Below, one piece after another: positions 26,803-30,475 of a DNA stretch of 30,475 nt. Numbering within the stretch: the stretch's first letter is position 1; each line of letters opens with the position of its first letter. The position numbers and the translations under genes are program-made. The stretch spans positions 1 through 30,475 of the forward strand of contig JBDGSJ010000007.1 of assembly GCA_042217585.1 (NCBI GenBank), read 5' to 3'. The notes beneath the pieces were generated by a model, which did not search any database, was not told the origin of the DNA, and was given only the letters and a program-made list of their open reading frames with translations. Source of the stretch: Candidatus Nanohaloarchaea archaeon. Lineage in GTDB: Archaea; Nanohalarchaeota; Nanosalinia; Nanosalinales; Nanosalinaceae.

Positions 26803-27402
26803 ATGTCTCTCCCGAGGGAAGGACCTGCTCTCCGGACCGTGTTCCTTCTAACTCTGGTGGTGATGACTTCGGCCGTAGGTGCGGCACAGCATCATAACGA
26901 TACATCCCACAGCGACGCTCTCCAGGATAACAAGACCGTCCACGGGAACGAGACGGTCCATCACGACGAGACCATGCATCACAACCAGACGGTCCACCGG
27001 AACGGTACCGATCATCAGGAACCGCACGAGGACGGCATGCATGACGGGCACAGCCCCTCCAGGGCGTGGACCGTGGGCGACACTGCATGGACAGCGGTCC
27101 ACCTTGTCGGCATACTGATCGGCCTTCTGCTCCTGAACTACTCCTGGGACATGTGGAAGGGGGCAGGAACCGGTTCTGCGATAGGTGAAACAGGGAGGTA
27201 CGTGGCTGCAGGGACCGCTGTCTTCATCGCGGCAATGGTAGGTATGGAGGCACGTCACGCGTTCGGCCTGAACCTGTGGTACTTCGCCAGGACCGCGAAG
27301 GTGAGGGAGCTCTGGGACATGATGCTCCTGGATGTGACCATCACGCTCTACGCCGTCGCCTACCGTAAACTGACAACAGATCTCAGAGGTGATCAGGAGT
27401 GA
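26803..27402 (+). CDS. Membrane protein: signal peptide, His-rich repeat ectodomain and 3-TM domain
   Basis: Signal-like N-terminus, N-x-T-V-H-x repeats, three TMs paralogous to the next gene. Confidence 0.8.
   Translation: MSLPREGPALRTVFLLTLVVMTSAVGAAQHHNDTSHSDALQDNKTVHGNETVHHDETMHHNQTVHRNGTDHQEPHEDGMHDGHSPSRAWTVGDTAWTAVHLVGILIGLLLLNYSWDMWKGAGTGSAIGETGRYVAAGTAVFIAAMVGMEARHAFGLNLWYFARTAKVRELWDMMLLDVTITLYAVAYRKLTTDLRGDQE
26929..27018 (+). repeat. Five 18-bp in-frame tandem repeats (NKTVHG/NETVHH/DETMHH/NQTVHR/NGTDHQ)
   Basis: aacaagaccgtccacggg, aacgagacggtccatcac, gacgagaccatgcatcac, aaccagacggtccaccgg, aacggtaccgatcatcag. Confidence 0.85.
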
Positions 27403-27827
27403 AAACCTTGAACAAGTCCACCGCGGTCACGACTGCTGTTCTGGCCCTCACAGCGAACGGAGCCTCAAGCGGGGCTACATCCACAGGAACAGGTGGAGCA
27501 GGTCCCGCACTGCTCGAACTCCTGACCTCCGTTTCCCACTTCTGGGGGATCTTCGTGAGCCTCCTCGTGATCTACTACGCACACGGCGTGATAAGGGAGC
27601 TGAACGGAGAGGGGGTAATCGCGGAATCCGGAAAATACACTCTTGCGGGCTCACTGGCCTTCCTACTGGCGTTCCTGAACATGGAGCTCGAGCACGGTTT
27701 GGGGGTCAGCGCAACGCACTCATGGCTCAGCTACTCGATGGATCAGGCGGTCCACATGACACTGTTCGTCCTGATGGTGCTGATGCTCGGAGAGGCGTTC
27801 AGAAAACTTGCGGAAACCTTCCGATAA
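27399..27827 (+). CDS. 3-TM His-containing membrane protein, paralogue of the upstream gene
   Basis: GTGA overlap and SD; shares HxxGI, IxE(S/T)G(K/R)YxxAG, MExxHxxG and A(F/Y)RKL. Confidence 0.82.
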   Translation: MKTLNKSTAVTTAVLALTANGASSGATSTGTGGAGPALLELLTSVSHFWGIFVSLLVIYYAHGVIRELNGEGVIAESGKYTLAGSLAFLLAFLNMELEHGLGVSATHSWLSYSMDQAVHMTLFVLMVLMLGEAFRKLAETFR

Positions 27828-27837
27828 GGTGGTGTAG

Positions 27838-28110
27838 ATGAGTTCCTACGAGAAAGCCATAGAGGCCGCGGTCAAGAAGGAGATGAACGTCCTGGGATCC
27901 TCTAAGACCCTTGAGATAGTCGAAAGCATCGACGGAGTGTCCGCGGACGACAAGGGAAATATCACTGAACTGGACAGGGACGGGAAAGAGACCCTTGGAG
28001 AGCTTGTGGCCCAGTTCCAGGAAATAGGCGGAAACCTCACCGCCACCCTGATAAACAGGGAACTCGAGGAAAAGGGCCTGGACGACCTTGACCTTCCAGA
28101 ATCGCTGTGA
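27838..28110 (+). CDS. Small cytoplasmic helical protein, possibly NitrOD5-like output domain
   Basis: SD AGGTGG. Pattern 'EMNVLG...IDGV...GKETLGELVAQFQEIGG' recalls NitrOD5-like proteins (from memory, unverified). Confidence 0.75.
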   Translation: MSSYEKAIEAAVKKEMNVLGSSKTLEIVESIDGVSADDKGNITELDRDGKETLGELVAQFQEIGGNLTATLINRELEEKGLDDLDLPESL

Positions 28111-28189
28111 GGAAGCAGTAAGACCTCCGAACGGTCCGACAGTTTAATTATCTCCGGACCGGAAACTTACCGCAAACGAGGCAGACCCT

Positions 28190-28516
28190 ATGATAAAGTA
28201 CTGGAGAGGAACGTTAATGGTGCTGCTGGTGCTCGGGGGAGTGGTCGCGGTGGAACCGTGCATCTCCGCGACCCTCAACCGTCTGCACGGTGTTGCCCAG
28301 GACCCGGCAGAAGCCGCAGGAGCGACAGGCCTGCCAGAAGAATGCAGCGTACCTGACCGACTGATCTCCTCGTTCGGATGGATAAAGGACAACTACCTGT
28401 TGATAGCCTCACTGGTCGTCCTGGCATTCATCGGAGCCAACCTGGCCTCGTGGGAGATAGACAGGGTAAGAGAGGGATCGGATGAAGACGGCCTCGAGAA
28501 CGCCTTAGGGACCTGA
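28190..28516 (+). CDS. Small membrane protein (signal peptide, Cys pair, one TM)
   Basis: 108-aa ORF with two hydrophobic segments. Confidence 0.65.
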   Translation: MIKYWRGTLMVLLVLGGVVAVEPCISATLNRLHGVAQDPAEAAGATGLPEECSVPDRLISSFGWIKDNYLLIASLVVLAFIGANLASWEIDRVREGSDEDGLENALGT

Positions 28517-28557
28517 AACCCGGTATATCCAAAAAGGACCGTTTCCCACAGTTCACC

Positions 28558-29097
28558 ATGCCCGGGAAAGAAAATGACCTGGAGAAATTCCGGTCCATGA
28601 GATACATATTCGACAGGAACCACACGGAGATGGAGGACTTCTTCGAATCCGGTTCGGAAGACCTCAGAGAGGAGCGCCGCGTGGTCCACAACTTCCTCGC
28701 AAGCGCCTACACCCTTACAGAACACGAGGAGAACGTCGCGGACAGGACCGGCATCGACGCCTACACCTGGCTGAAGGAGAACGACGTCCTCAGGTACGTC
28801 GGGCTGATGAGAGACATCAGGAAGATAGTGCAGCACATATACGAGCCCCCGGTGGGCCACGGCGAGGACCTCGAGGAGACCGACGGGGACAGCCACACCC
28901 AGTACTTCATCCACAGGGAGAAACTCGACAAACTGATCTCGCGGACCGAGGACCGCGAATGGAGGAGCGAATCCGAGAAGATACTCGAACCCTACGGCGA
29001 GAAAATAAATCTCCGGGAGCTGATGAAGGAGATATACACTGAACTCGACGGATTCTTCGACTGGTTTCACAAGGAGCTCCAGGACACTGCCGTTTAA
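28558..29097 (+). CDS. Helical hypothetical protein, possible HEPN-fold
   Basis: HNFLASAYTLTEH and RKIVQH (Rx4H). Confidence 0.7.
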   Translation: MPGKENDLEKFRSMRYIFDRNHTEMEDFFESGSEDLREERRVVHNFLASAYTLTEHEENVADRTGIDAYTWLKENDVLRYVGLMRDIRKIVQHIYEPPVGHGEDLEETDGDSHTQYFIHREKLDKLISRTEDREWRSESEKILEPYGEKINLRELMKEIYTELDGFFDWFHKELQDTAV

Positions 29098-29121
29098 CCG
29101 TCCCGGAGAAAAAAGAGATAC

Positions 29122-29934
29122 ATGTCCACCAACCCGTTCTCGAAGCTGCTGGACCTCCAGGTACAGGCCCTGAAAACGGGCGCCAGCGCCGCAAAAGAGC
29201 CTTACAGGGACCGGACCTCCGACGAGGACCTGCCGTTCCGGACAGAGGGATACGGAGGATTCGGCGGCGATGATTACTTCGACACGGAGGGAGAGCCGGA
29301 GGACCCCGTGATACTTTCACACGGACTGGCCCGTGGAGCCGACGACATGGACGGCCTCGCACACCACCTCCTGGAAAACGGATACACCGGCTCCGAGGTC
29401 TACGCCATCGAGTACGGAGACCCGATGCCCTCGCTGGAAGACGGCGCGGAACAGCTCCACAGCTTCATCCGCAGTGTCAGGGACCATACAGGGGAGGAAC
29501 CTGCGGTGGTCGGCCACAGCAACGGAGGACTGATCCCCCGTTACATGATGGACCGGTACGGTGATGAAGACGTGGAAAAACTTGTGGCGGTCTCATCGCC
29601 CAACCACGGCTCGATCTGGAGCGACATCTGGACCGCCGCAGGAACCGACCAGAATCAGATAAGCCGCAGGTCCGCCCGGGAAGGAGTCCTCAGCGAACTC
29701 AACGATAAAGACCTCGATACCGAGATATACACGGTCCGCGGGACCCACGACGGCTCCTACCTCGACCCGGAAAGCCCTGCACTGGAGGACGCCCTCAACG
29801 TCAAAGTCCGGGGCGGCCACGATATACAGAGCCATGAAGCGGTCCTGAAGATCCTCGAAGCTGACGGACCGGAGAAAGCGGTGGAATCGCTGGAAAAAAT
29901 GGAGGAGGTCCTCGAAGCAGAGGGAAAACCGTGA
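29122..29934 (+). CDS. Alpha/beta hydrolase, esterase/lipase family
   Basis: PVILSHGL, nucleophile GHSNGG, SSPNHGS, candidate Asp (THDG) and His (GGHD). Confidence 0.9.
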   Translation: MSTNPFSKLLDLQVQALKTGASAAKEPYRDRTSDEDLPFRTEGYGGFGGDDYFDTEGEPEDPVILSHGLARGADDMDGLAHHLLENGYTGSEVYAIEYGDPMPSLEDGAEQLHSFIRSVRDHTGEEPAVVGHSNGGLIPRYMMDRYGDEDVEKLVAVSSPNHGSIWSDIWTAAGTDQNQISRRSAREGVLSELNDKDLDTEIYTVRGTHDGSYLDPESPALEDALNVKVRGGHDIQSHEAVLKILEADGPEKAVESLEKMEEVLEAEGKP

Positions 29935-29968
29935 AACAGTTTAAAATCTTGAACGCGGAAAAGGATTT

Positions 29969-30139
29969 ATGGCTGTAGCCAACATAGCCTGTCCTCACTG
30001 TGGAGAGCAGACACTTGCCACGGTTCCCAGCTCCAAACACCAGGTCACAAAGGTCACCGGTAGTCACGCCGGGTGGAACACGAAGGCGGCGTGCCAGGAA
30101 TGCGGCAAAACCATTTACGTGAGCTACACCAAGTCTTAA
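29969..30139 (+). CDS. 56-aa CPxCG zinc-finger microprotein (not in ORF track)
   Basis: MAVANIACPHCGEQTLATVPSSKHQVTKVTGSHAGWNTKAACQECGKTIYVSYTKS*; TTTAAAA at 29940-29946. Confidence 0.85.
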   Translation: MAVANIACPHCGEQTLATVPSSKHQVTKVTGSHAGWNTKAACQECGKTIYVSYTKS

Positions 30140-30153
30140 CCTGGGGTCTGAAA

Positions 30154-30438
30154 ATGGTCAAGACGATGTATGTCTCCATACCGAAGGAGAAAGCGGCGAG
30201 CATCCTCTCCGAGTATTCAAACTACTACGTGGACCAGGACACCGGCGAAGAGATCATCGTCAAGAAGGAAACCGCCATGACCTCCAACAAGATCAGGGCC
30301 AAACTCACGGACCACAAGATCGCCAAGGAAAAGATCCAGACCGGTTCAGGGTCCGCCGAAAGCGGGGTCATCGGCGCCCGCGTCGACTACTACAAGGACA
30401 AAGTGAAGGGCCTACTCGAAGAACACGAAGCGTACTGA
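30154..30438 (+). CDS. Hypothetical protein, probably co-transcribed with the zinc finger
   Basis: ATG 30154 lies 14 nt after the zinc-finger stop; 94 aa. Confidence 0.7.
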   Translation: MVKTMYVSIPKEKAASILSEYSNYYVDQDTGEEIIVKKETAMTSNKIRAKLTDHKIAKEKIQTGSGSAESGVIGARVDYYKDKVKGLLEEHEAY

Positions 30439-30475
30439 AAAACTTAGAGACTCTGAAAACGTAGAATAGAGCCCC

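Noticed and set aside
26929..27018. CRISPR-like repeat array
   Set aside because: In-frame degenerate 18-bp coding repeats without spacers; no cas genes
29960..30140. tRNA-like appearance (GGCTGTAGCC...)
   Set aside because: No T-arm GTTCRA or cloverleaf; explained by the zinc-finger ORF

Overview
Gene-dense archaeal chromosomal segment. Soluble proteins are strongly acidic, AGG/ATA codons are frequent, and many transcripts look leaderless (TTTAAA about 25 nt before the start). This points to an extreme halophile, most likely Nanohaloarchaeota (inference). No rRNA, tRNA, CRISPR array, integrase or transposase was seen. Recognisable genes: type IV pilin/archaellin-like (5'-truncated), aldo/keto reductase, HTH regulator, the PolB2 cassette (inactive RadA-like + small partner + PolB2) directly downstream of a Cdc6/Orc1 paralogue, oligoendopeptidase F, NAD kinase, M14 deacylase, PfkB kinase + HAD hydrolase, MazG-like protein, SdpI, DUF3105, a TetR-linked split MMPL/RND + COG1361 operon, a decayed peroxiredoxin, a SWIM finger and a lipase-box hydrolase. 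Most interesting: (1) a shared CGGAACTNSCGG box 18-21 nt upstream of three consecutive TATA-like boxes (small ORF, cdc6, PolB2 operon), suggesting a self-contained Cdc6-driven SOS-like mutagenesis regulon; (2) a pore-less voltage-sensor-like protein with 15 consecutive (R/K)xx repeats; (3) an operon of two paralogous His-bearing 3-TM proteins (one with a His/sequon hexapeptide repeat) plus a small cytoplasmic protein; (4) apparent CTG starts; (5) a 56-aa CPxCG zinc finger missing from the ORF track.
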